Shown here: piece by piece, positions 1-12,750 of the stretch
Numbering within the stretch: the first letter of the stretch is position 1
Layout: the number at the start of each line of letters is the position of its first letter
NCBI RefSeq assembly: GCF_963921235.1
Contig: NC_086097.1
Location: 138,944,001-139,008,000 of the forward strand
Source: Mobula hypostoma
Taxonomy: Eukaryota
Length of the DNA stretch: 64,000 nucleotides
Direction of reading: 5' to 3'
Position numbers and translations under genes: made by a program
Notes under the pieces: model-generated
The model's database searches: none
Told to the model about the DNA's origin: nothing
Seen by the model: the letters and a program-made list of their open reading frames with translations, nothing else

Positions 1-1079
1 ACGCAAACCAACATGCGGCAATGATAAACTAATTGACCGATTTAGATTTGATTTGCGATATAATCGGGCCATGGGACATCACCACCCACAGCCCGAGCAG
101 GCACAATCTCTCCCTGTGCTGTAATTCTCTCGTATCACCTCAGCCCCTCACCTGTAGAGTCCACCAACCCTTCGAGCGTCCCGAACGTTGCGATGGGGCT
201 CGAGGCCGTTACCGCCGCCGGGCGAGCTGTTCATTAATGAGGCATGAAGTTAATTCAGTGCACAACTCCTGCTGTGTTTTATCTGGGTAAATGCAAATTA
301 ATCTAATTGGAATGATGAGGATTTTACTGGTCGGAACAGTTTTAACAGAGATCGGGCAATTACTCCGGTTACTGACGCGGAACTGTTGCTTAGGGAAACC
401 TTCGCAGACAGTCTGTATCATTGTCAGTTGAGGCCAGTTTGAATCAGCCTTACACACCGAATAGGCGAGGGTGATAAAACATGGGGTAAACAGTCGGCGA
501 TCACCGCACTCCAACCCTTGGTCGACCCGACCCACTCATTCAGAAGGAACGAATCCGGCCGAGAGAAGGTGGCACTTCTGGTGTAAATAAACTAGCAATT
601 CACAGACACAACGACGGTGGAAATCTAAGTCCCCCCCCCCCCCCCCGTATTTTTGCCTTTATTTCAACAGGTCAGAAGGAAAAACAAGCTTAATCCATGC
701 TCCAGTCAAAGGTTTCAGAGATGAAACGTTGACCCAGTTTCTCGCCATAGATGCTGCCCGACCTGCGAAGTGTTTCCACCGCCCGTTTCACCAATAGTGC
801 GCATTGACAGAGTGGGCCAATAAACCTGTTGTGTCTCTATCGTGGCGCCAAACCCCTCGAAAAGCTCCTTCTTTCTTAAGAAGCCTCGTTCCTTCAGATT
901 TTAATTTTAGTTTTTAGACATTGCTTTCAATTTCAGTCTAGCTTATCTAAACACAAAAATGATTGTACTGTGTTAAGATGTGGAGATCCCAGTCCCCGCG
1001 TTTTCCGCGTTGATGATTCCAGTACTGATCCGCTGAGTTTCTCCAGTCATTCCTGTGTTGCTCTCACGAGAAAGCCCCA

Positions 1080-1243
1080 AACTCAGCGATCCGGGCACAG
1101 CTACTTCGCCTCCTCCGTCGGATTTCTGAATGATGCATGAACTCCTTATTCAATTTCACTTGCATGACCTATTGACTTTTTCATGTCCCGTGAAAATCTT
1201 CACATCGTACGTCAGCGATAGTAAATCTGATTCTGATTCTGAC
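1080..1243 (+). mobile_element. Degenerate 3' end of a Rex1/Babar- or L2-type LINE
   Basis: Ends in gcgatagtaaatctgattctgattctga, a (TTCTGA)n tail. Similar tails occur at about 28610 and, on the minus strand, at about 39880. Confidence 0.55.
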
Positions 1244-1589
1244 TGGGTTTTGAACTTCTGGCTGGTTCATTTCCACATCGAAGTGCGGCGGCTCTGTATG
1301 GCGAATTCATCCCACAGCGAGGTCTCAGCGTTTCTGGTGAAAACAGTTTTATGTCATTAGTTACAGTAATTGGTGCAAGCCCAAGAAGGCCCGGAAGTGG
1401 GAGGAGAGGCTGATGTGATCCTGTCCCTCAACACCAAACCCATAGACCGGCATTGTTACCCACTCCCAAAAAAATGTCTTAGTCGTCCCAGGTCAGGTTT
1501 GTGGGTCCAGCCCCCTCCTAGAGTTAAGACTTAGAGTTGTTGTGTTGAAACACTAGACATGTCTATCCTCCCAGGTTATTTATTTCAAA

Positions 1590-1700
1590 GCAGGCCGCCG
1601 TTGCTTTCTGTTTCGTGGGATTTTGCTGTGTGCGTTTTGGTAACCCATGTTCCCTCCATTACAACGGTAGCTGCACTTCCAAAGTTGTTCTAACTCTGAC
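1590..1700 (+). mobile_element. Deu-domain SINE relic (3' part)
   Basis: gtgggattttgctgtgtgc...ccattacaacggtagctgcacttccaaag resembles the chondrichthyan DeuSINE 3' region as I recall it. A reverse-complement copy lies at about 1985-2055. Confidence 0.45.
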
Positions 1701-2124
1701 TGTACCTTCGCCTTGACTAAATATTCGGAGATATTCCATCATCGCTGCGGCTCACGCATCGTGCCGATGTAAAGTAACTAGAAAGCAATTTGCATTGTCT
1801 GACAGTAACAACCAATGCAATATATCATGGTAAGCTCTCTGGAACAAAAACACATTGATCGTGGAACACATCAAGCATTCAGTCAGGATTAAGATGGCGG
1901 AGATCGAGCCTTTTCTCAAGCGCCACTCACCGCCGTCAGGTGACCTTAAGAATTTTACAACTAAAGTAATACTCAGTTAGCTATTGCTGCAAAGATGGCA
2001 GCCAACCTGCTCACAGCAAGATCCCACAATCAGACCAGGACGCCTGTTTCAGTGAAATAACAGGACTGAGCTGAAACCTTACCACGTGTCAGGTGATGAC
2101 TAGAGAGAGAGAAACCAAGTTAAC

Positions 2125-2775
2125 GTTCCCGTTGCGCAGCGTCAGCCTCACTCTCTCTTCCCAATTCCCATCTGGATCCAGTGGCAAGAGAAGAGTCGAG
2201 ACGGCTGGAGATGGGACTAGGCACAGTGGATGCCCAGGACGTCTTCTGTGTCTTGTCCTGCTCTACATGTTCCACTGCGCTTGCAGAGACCGCCTTCCTC
2301 ACCGTTGGACTATTGGTCTCATCCGCTCAATCAGCTGGAGTCTGTCTTCACATGTTGGGATAGACAACTCCCTTATCTCACCGAGGGTTTGAGACCCGTC
2401 GGATACCCTCACCTGGTTTAGCCGGCTTGTCGAAGCCCTTGCCTGGGGTGTGGCCGCTGTCGCATGCAAACGGCTACGGGGAGCCATAGGTGAGAGCTGA
2501 GTGCTAGGTGGGCAGCCGGAGTCTGTCTTCACATGTTGGGATAGACAACTCCCTTATCTCACCGAGGGTTTGAGACCCGTCGGATACCCTCACCTGGTTT
2601 AGCCGGCTTGTCGAAGCCCTTGCCCGGGGTGTGGCCGCTGTCGCATGCAAACGGCTACGGGGAGCCATAGGTGAGAGCTGAGTGCTAGGTGGGGGCCAAA
2701 GCTGGACAAACCGCCCTGAAAAGGACGCGACATGTTCCCCTATCAGAGGTGCTACCCCTCCCTGACACCCCATGG
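2125..2775 (-). mobile_element. Interspersed element (possibly RTE-type 5' region or non-autonomous) with an internal 181-bp tandem duplication
   Basis: GC-rich, non-coding block. Family assignment is by resemblance only. Confidence 0.35.
2332..2693. repeat. Direct tandem duplication, 2 x 181 bp
   Basis: 2332-2512 and 2513-2693 are near-identical (about 2 mismatches seen). Confidence 0.95.
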
Positions 2776-3036
2776 TGCATTAGTGAATAGAAAGAAACCC
2801 CCATGAAGTAGATTACTTAAGAAGCAGAGGCACTGGGCCGTCTGTTCTCTCACCTGCTCCAGAACGCAACAAGACCGCGGCCGGTTTGATGCCTCACCCC
2901 GGGGAGAAGAAATTCCGCCTCATCTCCGTGTACAGAAGACTGCATCTTTGAGATTTTGGTGTTTACTTCTGAATTGCCAAGCGGGGTAGGAGGATCGTTG
3001 GTGGAATCATCGCCCTGCCAAGTTCCTAAAGAACTG

Positions 3037-3131
3037 CAACACACACAAGATGCTGGCGAGCGCAGCAGGCCAGGCAGCATCTATAGGAAGATGTACAGTC
3101 GATGTTTCGCATCGAGACCCTTCGTCAGGAG
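3037..3131 (-). mobile_element. 95-bp Penelope-like terminal fragment with partial hammerhead motif, flanked by a 10-bp TSD
   Basis: taaagaactg at 3027-3036 and 3132-3141. The minus strand reads CTGACGA-AGGGTCTCGATGC-GAAA-CATC-GACTG. Confidence 0.8.
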
Positions 3132-3741
3132 TAAAGAACTGTGTGTGTTTATTTCTCTCATTCGTCTAAGCTCCAGAGTGTCTAAGTGCAGTCTTCTCAG
3201 CCCTCTGCTCATTCCAGGAATTGGCCATTACTATATTGATAAGCACATTCCTCCTTCGTTCTAAGCATCATTATCATGTTCAATTAAATATTCCGACTGA
3301 AACTCCGGGTCAGAGTGTGCTTTTTTTTGAACAGGCAAGGAACTGAGATCAATAAGATGAATTCTGATCTTATTAAGTGGCAGTGCGGGTTTGATGAAGT
3401 GATTATGCATCGCACACTCCTCTTTTTCATGTTCTCGTTCCTGATCTGAGCTATCATGCATACATTACCCTAACGCAGTGCAATGTTTACCGATGTTCTG
3501 AAGATTGCAAACTTAATTAGATCATCGGAATTATCGCTTCGACTAAATGCTGTTGTTCACGTTGATCATAAAGGACATCTTAAAGGGCTGGGGTGGATGG
3601 CGGCTTCGGCCCAGCTCTGAGACCCTTCCCCTCACAGGGAGTGGGATTAGAGAGGCTCGTGTCTTTTATTTCACCATTATTTACTGAAATAAAGATAAAT
3701 AACCACTCAACAAATCAAGCAACAAAGGAAGGCGGAGCTTA

Positions 3742-4553
3742 GGGGGAATAATGGCGCCTAATGGCGACTCCTTTGCCTGCGTCTTCGGAAACATCTCTAC
3801 CTCCACCTTCAATATCTTTAGTTTTTTCCCCCTTTCAGGGTTCTTTTGAAGACCCTGGCCTGGAGTTACACGCAGGTTTCGGTTCTTTGCGGGAATGGGG
3901 CCCGTTCTCGGTGTTCCGCGACTGGCCGTTATTCAACATGCCAAGCGTTTGGCCTGAGAGTCTCGATCGTTTTCAGAAGCCTAAGATCTCGGGGGTCTGG
4001 AGACGGGCAGATCAAGGGTCGGTATCACGGCAGGAGACTCCTGTGTCGTCGGGGAGACCGGAAAATCTTTCGCTGTGGGCCCAAAGACCCGAGATCTTTG
4101 CAATCTTAGGACACAGAGCTCGATAAAAGCGACGAAGCGGACTTTTAACATCGTAAACCAGCGGGTTGTTGTTTTATCTCCCGCTCGCAGTTAAAATGGG
4201 GGACACCTCCCTCTCTCTTGGCAGGGAGAGAGAAGACCTGTGGTTTGTCGAATGTCGGATGAAATGTGAAACCTTTGGAGCAGCTTTGGTCTGTATCTTC
4301 GCTATTGCGTAGCACACGCTTGGACTCGGTGATGGCTTTTTTTTGCTGGTGGGGAGACGGGGGGGCCGTTGCTTGCTGCCGCTTACGTGCGGGAGGGTGG
4401 AACGGGGGAGGGGACTTTGGGGTTCTCACGTTTAACTGTCGTTCATTCTTTGGGGCAATTCTCTGTTTTGTGGATGTTTGCGAAGAAAAAGCATTTCAGG
4501 ATGTATTTCTCTGACACTAAATTCAACCTTAGAAATTTGAACCTTTGAACATT
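3742..4553 (+). mobile_element. Non-autonomous retroposon (SINE-like, LINE-type tail)
   Basis: CpG-rich ~800-bp non-coding block ending in a degenerate repeat tail (tttgaacctttgaac). Confidence 0.55.
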
Positions 4554-5382
4554 GAGGAAGAAAAAGTAGTGTGTACCGGTGAAATGTCATTGAATTGAAA
4601 CGTCAGTTTGGTTTCATTCTTCATAGATGCCGCTTGGCCTGCTGAGTAGCCCCTGGAGTCTCTGTTTTAGTTTTGGATTTCCAGCATCTGCAGTGATTTG
4701 AGTTTTTTGTTAATTGAATGAGATCTGGGCTTTAGTCCCAGCTGGGAAAACCTGTCACTTGCTGTCTGAGCCGATTGGACACTCCAATCCATGTGTTTCG
4801 CCTGGTCTCCGTTATAGGCATTTACGCTGTAGATTAAATGTCGCTTTGTTTCACTGGAACTCCCCTTCAGAATGATGCCACGGCTCAGTGGAAGCCCTTG
4901 TGTGCTGATAGAATCAAAAGTGACAGTGCCTCAAGGCCAAAAGATATCCATCATCCTGCTGGAAGTATGAGACAGGGAAATTAAATGATTTAAAATAAAA
5001 TATTCATTAAATCCAAAATGATAAATTATTTCATATTGTTGCAGACAAGCACTGACAGAATACCATTATCTGATATTAATTACTTTATTATTCCAGTTTT
5101 TCGATAATTACCACTAATGTTTGTTTAGCTAGAAGACTGGAAATTAAAGCTTTAATAGACTGTTAACATGGCAATCATTCAGATTAATTCAGCAAAGCGT
5201 GGATCGCAATAATACAAACGTTCACAATGGTTTGTAAGGTTAGGCTCACCTATTGCTGAGATAGATGGGGAATAGATTATTCTGGCTAGTGCTAGTTTGA
5301 ATATTGGGTATGTTCATCCTGCCCGTCGCCTCTCTCTGGTTCTCCTTCACCCTTCTCTTTCTCTCATGGTCTTCCATCAATT

Positions 5383-5870
5383 CCATAAGACCATAATACA
5401 TAGGGGCAGAATGGGGCCATTTGGTCTGTCTAGTCTGCTCCGCCATTCAATCATAGCTGATCCCCTTTTTCCCCTCCTCAGCCCCACTCCCCAGCCTTCC
5501 CCGTAACCTTTGATGCTGTGTCCAATCAAGAAGCTATGAAACTCTGCCTTAGATACACCCAACGACCTGACCTCCACAGCTGCATGTGGTAATAAATTCC
5601 ACAAATTCGCTATCCTCTGGCTAAAGAAATTTCCCCACATCTTGGCTTTAAATGGACGCCACTCTATCCTGCGGCTCTGCCCTCTTGTCCTAGACTTCCC
5701 CACCATGGGAAAATCCTTTCCACATCTACTCAATGTAGGCCTTTTAACATTCAAAAGGTTTCAATGAGATCCCCCCATCCTAAATTCCAGCGAGTACAAA
5801 CCCAGAGCTATCAAATGTCCCTCATATGATAACCGTTTCTTTCCTGCAATCATCCTTGTGAACTTCTCCT
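5383..5870 (-). mobile_element. CR1 LINE 3' fragment
   Basis: Translates to the CR1 ORF2 C-terminus (SRTRG...NFFSQRIANLWNLLP). Tail ccataagaccataa. Confidence 0.9.
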
Positions 5871-6135
5871 ATCAAAATCCCCTTCCTCCAGTCCTTTAAC
5901 TCTTTCAACAATCAACTTCTCAGCTCTTTACTTCACTGCCACCCCCTTCTCCCTGATTCATCTATCACTTGCCACTTTGTACATCTTCCTCTGCTTCCTC
6001 CACCTTCTAACTCTGACTTCTCTTCCTTTCCAGTCCTGAAGAAGAGTCTCGGCCTGAAACATCGACTGTTTACTCTTTCCCAGAGATGCTGTCTGGCCTG
6101 CAGAGTTCCTCCAGTCTTTTGTGTGTGTTGCTTGG
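5871..6135 (+). mobile_element. Penelope-like terminal repeat remnant with hammerhead motif (6031-6068)
   Basis: Pyrimidine-rich tract, then CAGTC-CTGAAGA-AGAGTCTCGGCCT-GAAA-CATC-GACTG, then the family tail agatgctg...gtgtgtgttgc. Confidence 0.8.
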
Positions 6136-7019
6136 GAATGTACTCATCAGTTTCAATTATGCCGGTGGCTGCTGAATTTGCCGACTTTGGGTGCAGCCAG
6201 CTGTTCGAGGAGATTTCATCTTGTGATCTTCCACCGGCCATTCGACGCTTACCCTCCGGTAATGGACACCCATTCTTTCGATGACTGGCTTCTAATGTAC
6301 AAATGGATGGCAGATCTCTGCTAGTCAGATAACCTTGCAGCCCGTTATTCATCACTGCAAGTCAGCACAATTCCAGCCAGGACTTGAATCCTTAATTCAC
6401 AAAGACGAAAGAATAATCTGGGGATGTTGATAACCTTGGATGATAGGAACATCAGCAGGTTTCCTATGACAGCACCACCCTGGGGAGGCTAGGGTGCGCC
6501 TTGCACTGCAGGTGAATGCAGTCAGCTAGGGCCAGGGAGAGATACAGTGCAGAACCAGGACCTTTGGCACACAGCCCAGGATGACCATCCTCCGCCCATT
6601 TAGCTTAATCCATTATTCATTTATTTAAAGAATTCTCCCCGATTTCTCATCAACTCTCCCTCCCACAATGCTACCAGAAATCCATAGGGGAGAGCCATTT
6701 TACAGTGGAGATTGCCGATCCACGCAGAAGCTTTGGTGCTAAACATCAGAAGGAATCTCTTCCCTAGATCCACTGAACGGGATCCACGGAGCAGGAAAAT
6801 CCGCCCTACGGATAAAATAAAAGGAAAATATACCATTCCATCTGCTCAGTCACACTGTAGATGAGGAATATAAATAACTGGGTCCATGCAACATCACAAA
6901 TGTCACAACCAAGACCCGCTTTTTCCCACTCATTGTTTTCTATCCATAAATCAATTGACAATTCACTGTCAGGATGGTAACCACAGATGCATGTGCCCCA
7001 ACTTTATCAACCAAGCTGC

Positions 7020-7625
7020 TGGTAAACTAGTCAGATTAAAAGAACAGGACTTAATATTCTGCCTTGGTTTTCATGGTATGAGCTTCGATTTCTCCCCCAG
7101 TAACCACTCTTCTCTGTTCCTGCTCCCCTTCTTTTGCTTATCTCACCTGCTCAATCACACTTTTTCTTTCCCCTCTGCCCCTCTCTTGATCTGCCCACCA
7201 GCCACACATTTGGCTCTCTGGTTCCTCTCCTCGCCTCCTTCATTTTATTCCGTTGTCCACTGTTCTGTCCTATCGGATTCTTTCTTCTTCAGCCCACTAT
7301 GACTTCTACCTATCACCCCCTCCCCTCCCGTTTCCGATTTGATTCCTACTTTCCCTCCGTGGCGGATCAGAATCGAAGGGACAAATAGCCTAATTCTGCT
7401 CCTATATCTTTGACTTATTGTCTCTCTCACCTGCCCATCACCGCCAGCTTTTCCCCCACCCCTTCCCAGACGTTTTTATGCCAGCTATCTCCCCTCTTGC
7501 TTTCCAGTCCCGATAAAGAGTCACAATCAGAAACGTCGACGGTACATTTCCCTCCCCAGATTATGCCCGGCCGCCTGAGTTCCTCCAGCATCCTTTGTGT
7601 TGCGCCAGAACCCAGCGCCTGAATT
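7020..7625 (+). mobile_element. Penelope-like remnant: GIY-YIG C-terminal relic plus degenerate hammerhead (7505-7542)
   Basis: RLKEQDLIFCLGFHGMSFDFS resembles the PLE endonuclease end. The motif ends GAAA-CG-TC-GAC. Confidence 0.65.
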
Positions 7626-8859
7626 TGTTCTTATGTTAACCTACCTCCGGTGTGGGATCATCTCGAAGACCTTATACAAATACACTTCATTCGCCGTTTT
7701 CTCCTCATTTCCCCAGTCATGCCTGCACCACGTTAATCAGACATAATTCCTCTTCCTAACCCCTATTCTAATCATCGTGGACCAGAGACCGCCCTTTTCC
7801 GGTGGCACTTTGAACTGCGTCGTTGGTCAGAACTACAGAAATGTCTCAACCTGTCTAGACATTTGGCTTCTTTGTCACTGGATTTCTCCACGAGGCAACA
7901 CCTTACATTTGTCATAAGTCGGCTCAATGCTCACGATTTGTCAAGAAGGAGGCTGATGATATTTTCAATGCCAATGGTTTATGCCCTTCCCAATGGAAAC
8001 TGGCAGAGAACAGAAGGCATAAGGACTCCGGGGAGTTGCTTTTTCCAGGCAGTTCGCAGTAGGTTTCTTTCCACTTATTATACTGTCTATCATCCTCTCT
8101 CTCTATCCCGCTAACGTCAAAATCTGAGTATGAAAAACCCAGAACAGGGTTCACAGGGAGGCAGCGTGAACATAAGAGAACGTCCGGCTAAAACGCACAG
8201 AACGATCACTCGGGTCTAATCTGCGGCCAGCGCCGGATTCCTGATATCCCAAACCATTCATGGGGAATCACAGCAAAGTCTGGATAGCTGATGAGACCAG
8301 AGCCCACGCCGGGAAAAGTGACTGTCACTGGGTCTCGATTTACGAAGTGGAGAGCGCAGAGAGATTGGGTACTGGAGTCTTGCTCGACAAACCGAAGCCA
8401 CCCGCAGAAACACGGCACATGTTTCCAGAATGGAGAAGGAGCGCTGAGGTCACGAACAGAAGGCGACCTTGGCAACGGGTAGGAAGGACATCGGCTTTCT
8501 GGTGATGGCAGAGATTGCGTCGTTCAAGGGGAAGGGATTCCAGAAAGGAAAGATGATATTCGGAGACAGGCAGACACGAACTATTCATACACCAAGCTCC
8601 CCAGTCGCTCTCTGACGCTCATCCTCCAGTATGTCCCCTGCAAACGATCGTGCATTCCTCTCGCCATCACCCCAAATGGAAATCTCCCCACAACCTTCCT
8701 CAAAATTCTGTGCGCATCAGCTGCATTTATTCCATACAACACTGAAGAGATTGCAACCTGTTCCTTCCTTCTCCCAGTATATGTGTGTGTGTGTGTGTGT
8801 GTGGTTGTTGGAGTGGGGAGGTGGCACGTGGTGTCCCAGCCAAAAGGAATTCTGCATGC

Positions 8860-9125
8860 CATTGTATCAAGCAGCACTGGAAAAGGCCCTTCGGCCCAAC
8901 GCGTCCGTCCCGCCAAGATATCCCATTATATCTAGTCCTATTTGCCAATTTTTGAGCCATATTCCTCGCAATATTTCCTATCCAGGTACCTACCCAAATG
9001 TATTTTAAATGCTGTTAATGTACCTAGGAACTATTTCCTCTGCATCTCGTTCCACATATTGACCGCCTTCATCTAACAAAATTGTCCCTCAAGTTCCTAT
9101 TGAATTCCTCCCCTCTCACCTATAA
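8860..9125 (-). mobile_element. CR1 3' end fragment
   Basis: CR1 3' UTR-like (aggcccttcggccc) and the ORF2 end on the minus strand. Confidence 0.7.
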
Positions 9126-9833
9126 CCTCATAGCTCAGAATCATAGTTACAGAACGTAGAAACAAGGAATTCAGCCCACAGAGACGATGCGGATTATTAT
9201 GCATGCAGCTAGTTGGCTACTTAACCTGTCCAACGTTTGATTAGCGGGTGTCAGCTCTGGTTCCATGACCAGAAACCTCAGTGCCGAATTTTTACACCAT
9301 AAGCTTCAGTACCCGGTGTGGAGTTCAGAGCCCTAATCCACGTTAACATATGACAGCCACACTCTTGGAGATTACACGGTAAGGTAAGGTCCAATACAAT
9401 CTCGAGAGGACTAGCATTATTGAAAGACATAGAATTTCCCGCACCTCCGAACCAATATTCATCCCACGAGTACCCAAAGCTCTAGCATCCAGTCAGGATA
9501 TCACTACGGACTGCGGGAACTTTCTGTGGATGCACAACTGCACAACAGCGACTACGCTTCTGAAGTACCGAATACTCTCTACATTACTTACGACCTCTCG
9601 AGACAGCGAAAAACGATGAACAACGGCAAATCCTCTTTTCCAATGTTTTCACAGCAAAATCCATTAAAACCCGTATTCCCTGCACATGTTCCCAGCGGCT
9701 GGTCTATGGCCAGTGAGTTATTTTGAGATCGATATTCAAACGTTGCGGTTCTGCAATGTGCATTTCAGCATTAACCGCACAATGATATGTCGGCGTTTTC
9801 TCTGCCGACGGGTTTAAAACTGCTCCATATCTA

Positions 9834-12300
9834 AGACCATAAGACATAGGAGAAGGAATTGGACCATCCGCCTCATCGTCTGTTCCGCCATTTCACCATG
9901 GCTGATAATTATCCCTCTCAACCCTTCCTCCCCATAACCTCTGACACCCGTCCTACTCAAGAACCTATCAACCTCCTCTTTAAGTATACCCAATTACTTG
10001 GTTTCCATAGCCGTCAGTGGCAACGAATTCCACGTACTCACATCCCCTGGTTAAATAAATTCCTCTTCATCTCTATTCTGAATTGACGCCCCTCTCTTCT
10101 GAGGCTGTGCTCTCTAGTGCTAGACTCCCCAACTCTAGGAAATATCCTCTCCACATTCACGCTATCTAGATCTGTCAGCTGTCGATAGATTTCAATGAGA
10201 TCCTCCCTCATTCTTCTAAATTCCACCGAGTACAGCCCGGAGTCATCCATCAAACGCTCTCATAATTTAACGCTTTAATTCCTGGTATCATTCTGATAAA
10301 TATACTCGGGACCCTCTCCAATGCCTCTCCAAGGCATTAGATACGGGACCCAAAACTCTTCGCAATATTCCAAATATTGTCTGACCAACGCCTTATAAAG
10401 TCTTAGCATTACATCGTTGTTTTCATATTCTAGTGCTCCTGTAATGAATGCCAACATTGTATTGCCTTCCCTACTACCGACTAAACCTGCAAGTTAACCT
10501 TTTGCGAATCTTGCACTAGGACTCCCTAGTCCCTTTGCACCTCTGATGTCTAAATTCGCTCTCTACTTAGAAATTAGATTACGCCTTTATTCTCAAAAAA
10601 GAGGAAATCTGCAGACATCGGAAATCCAAGCAACACACACACACACAGCTAGAAGAACTCAGCAAGCCAGGTATGATCTATAGAAAAGAGTACAGTCGTC
10701 TTGGCCCGAAATGTCAACTCATAGATGCTGCCTGGCCTGCTGAGATCCCCCAGAATTTTGTTTGCGTTGTACGATTTTATTCTCATCCACTTTTAGCAGC
10801 TCCATCTCAAACTGCAGGGTGAATTCTATCATATAATAATCACTGCCTCCTAGGTGTTCCTTTACCTTAAGCTCTCTAATCAAACCTGCTTCATTACTCA
10901 ACGCCCAGTCCAGAATTGCCCTATCCATAATGGGCTCAACTACAAGCTGCTCTAAAAAGCTACCTTGAAAGCAATCCACAAATTCCTTCTCTTATGTCTG
11001 ATTTTCCCAATATGCCAGCACTTTGAAATCCTCCATGACCATCGCAATATTGCCCTTTTTACATTAATTTTGTATCTCCTGATGTGAGTTATACCCCACA
11101 CATCCTGGCTTCTGCTCGTTAGATTGGATAATGTATAACTCCCATCAGGGCCTTTTTAGACTTGCAGATTCTCATCTCTACCCTCAAAGATACTACATCT
11201 TCTGATCCTACTTTCTAAAGAATTGATTTTTTTTACAAATTAAGTTATTCCACCCTCTGGCCAGACCTTTTGATACAATGCGTATCCTTCGACTTTAAGC
11301 TTTCAGCTGTGATCTTCTTTCAACTATGACTCTGTGAAGGCCACAAAGTCATTCCTATCAATTTCTAACTGCGCTACAAAATTATCAATTTTATTCTGTA
11401 TACTGCATGCGCACAGATCGCCTTCAGTCCTGTGTTCACCGCCCTTCCTTTGAATTTGGTCTCCATGTTCCCTGAGGTTAATTTCTTGTTCCTTTTGAAT
11501 TGTCTTTGTGTTACTCTTTATTCTGGAGACTCCAATAACCTCTCCTGCACCCTCCTTCATTTTACTTTATCCATACTTTTCAAAACTATTGAACCCTCTT
11601 TGTATAATTTAGATTAAAGCCTTGTCCACAGACCTAGTTATACTATTTACTAGGACCCTGGTCCCAGCAGAGCTTGGGTGGAGCCTATTTCATCAGAACT
11701 GTTTCCCCTTCCCAAATACTGCTGACAATCTCCCACGAATTCAAATCCACTTCTGCCACACCTTTTCCTGAGCCACACAATTGGCTCTCTGAATTTATTA
11801 ACCCTATGTAAATTTGCACGTGGATTGGTGAACAATTCAAAGATTACCTTTTGGTTCCACGTTTTAATTTAGTCATTGGCTGCTCTATTTCCCCTCAGCA
11901 ATACTTCGCTGTTCATCTTACGTCCTCCCTGACCTATCGCACTGTTTGGAGCTCAGATTCCAGGTAATCAACTCAACCGGAGTTTATTAAGCAACCAAAA
12001 CTTGCTGCAGATGTGGTTACCAAGAAGCACAATGGTGTCCACCAATTCCTACATCATGAAAATATAAAATAAGACCTGATCCTGTATGCCTACTTTATTT
12101 AATTAGATATAGTTTGGTATAGTTTTGTTTAATTAAAAAGAACCTTACCTGTTCTTATGTGCCACTCAATCTGTGTATCCTTGTCGAAGCCTCTTCAGAT
12201 CTCAGACTCCTACACTGGCCTCCGCCTCTTCTTGCCAAAGCCTCTTGAACTAAGCCTCAGTTGCTCACTCTCCCAAGTGGCCGCTCACTCCTCCATTGAC
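9834..12300 (-). mobile_element. Degenerate CR1 LINE with ORF1 relic, endonuclease relic, large internal deletion and 3' end
   Basis: ORFs 10038-10253 and 10275-10457 (ORF2 C-terminus), 10719-10979 (FLEQLVVEP..ILDWAL, endonuclease) and 11650-11835 (ORF1 esterase-like). Tail aagaccataagac. Confidence 0.85.
10596..10775. mobile_element. Fold-back Penelope-derived insertion inside CR1, 10-bp TSD
   Basis: tttattctca at 10586-10595 and 10776-10785. The two arms are inverted copies of the family terminus. Confidence 0.75.
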
Positions 12301-12509
12301 ACAAGGTGACACTCATACACAACCAGACTTGCTCTTTTCGATGGTTCTCGCTCTCGCACCGATGAAGTACAATAGTCGCAGCTCCAGACTAATTTATTCT
12401 GACTTCTGGTTGGGAGCGAGAGGATAAATGGGCCGGAGAGCTTCATTTCTCACTCGACACGTTTCCTTCGGCTCCGATCTAAAATTTTAATTTAATCACG
12501 GAGATGTGA

Positions 12510-12750
12510 CGAGGGGAGAAAAATTTTAAAGGAACCCGAGGAGCAAGTTTTTCACACAGAGAGTGGTGGGTGTATATAATGAGCTGCGATTAATAACAGC
12601 ATTTTAAAGACATTTGGACAGTTGCGAGAACTGTATAGGTAAGGTTTAGGGATATGTGCCAAACGCAGGGAAATGGAACCCGCTTTGATAGGAATCCTAG
12701 GCGGCATGGTCGATAGGCCGAAGGACCCATTCCCGTGCTTTATAACTCTT
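12510..12750 (+). mobile_element. CR1 3' fragment
   Basis: tttttcacacagagagtggtggg...ggccgaaggacccattcccgtgct, the CR1 ORF2 end and 3' UTR. Confidence 0.75.

Noticed and set aside
8288..8345. CTGATGAGACC...GGTCTC hairpin as a hammerhead
   Set aside because: There is no GAAA after the stem and no stem I or III pairing.
33..9726. Many short ORFs in the GC-rich left end
   Set aside because: No recognisable domains. Lengths and overlaps are consistent with chance.
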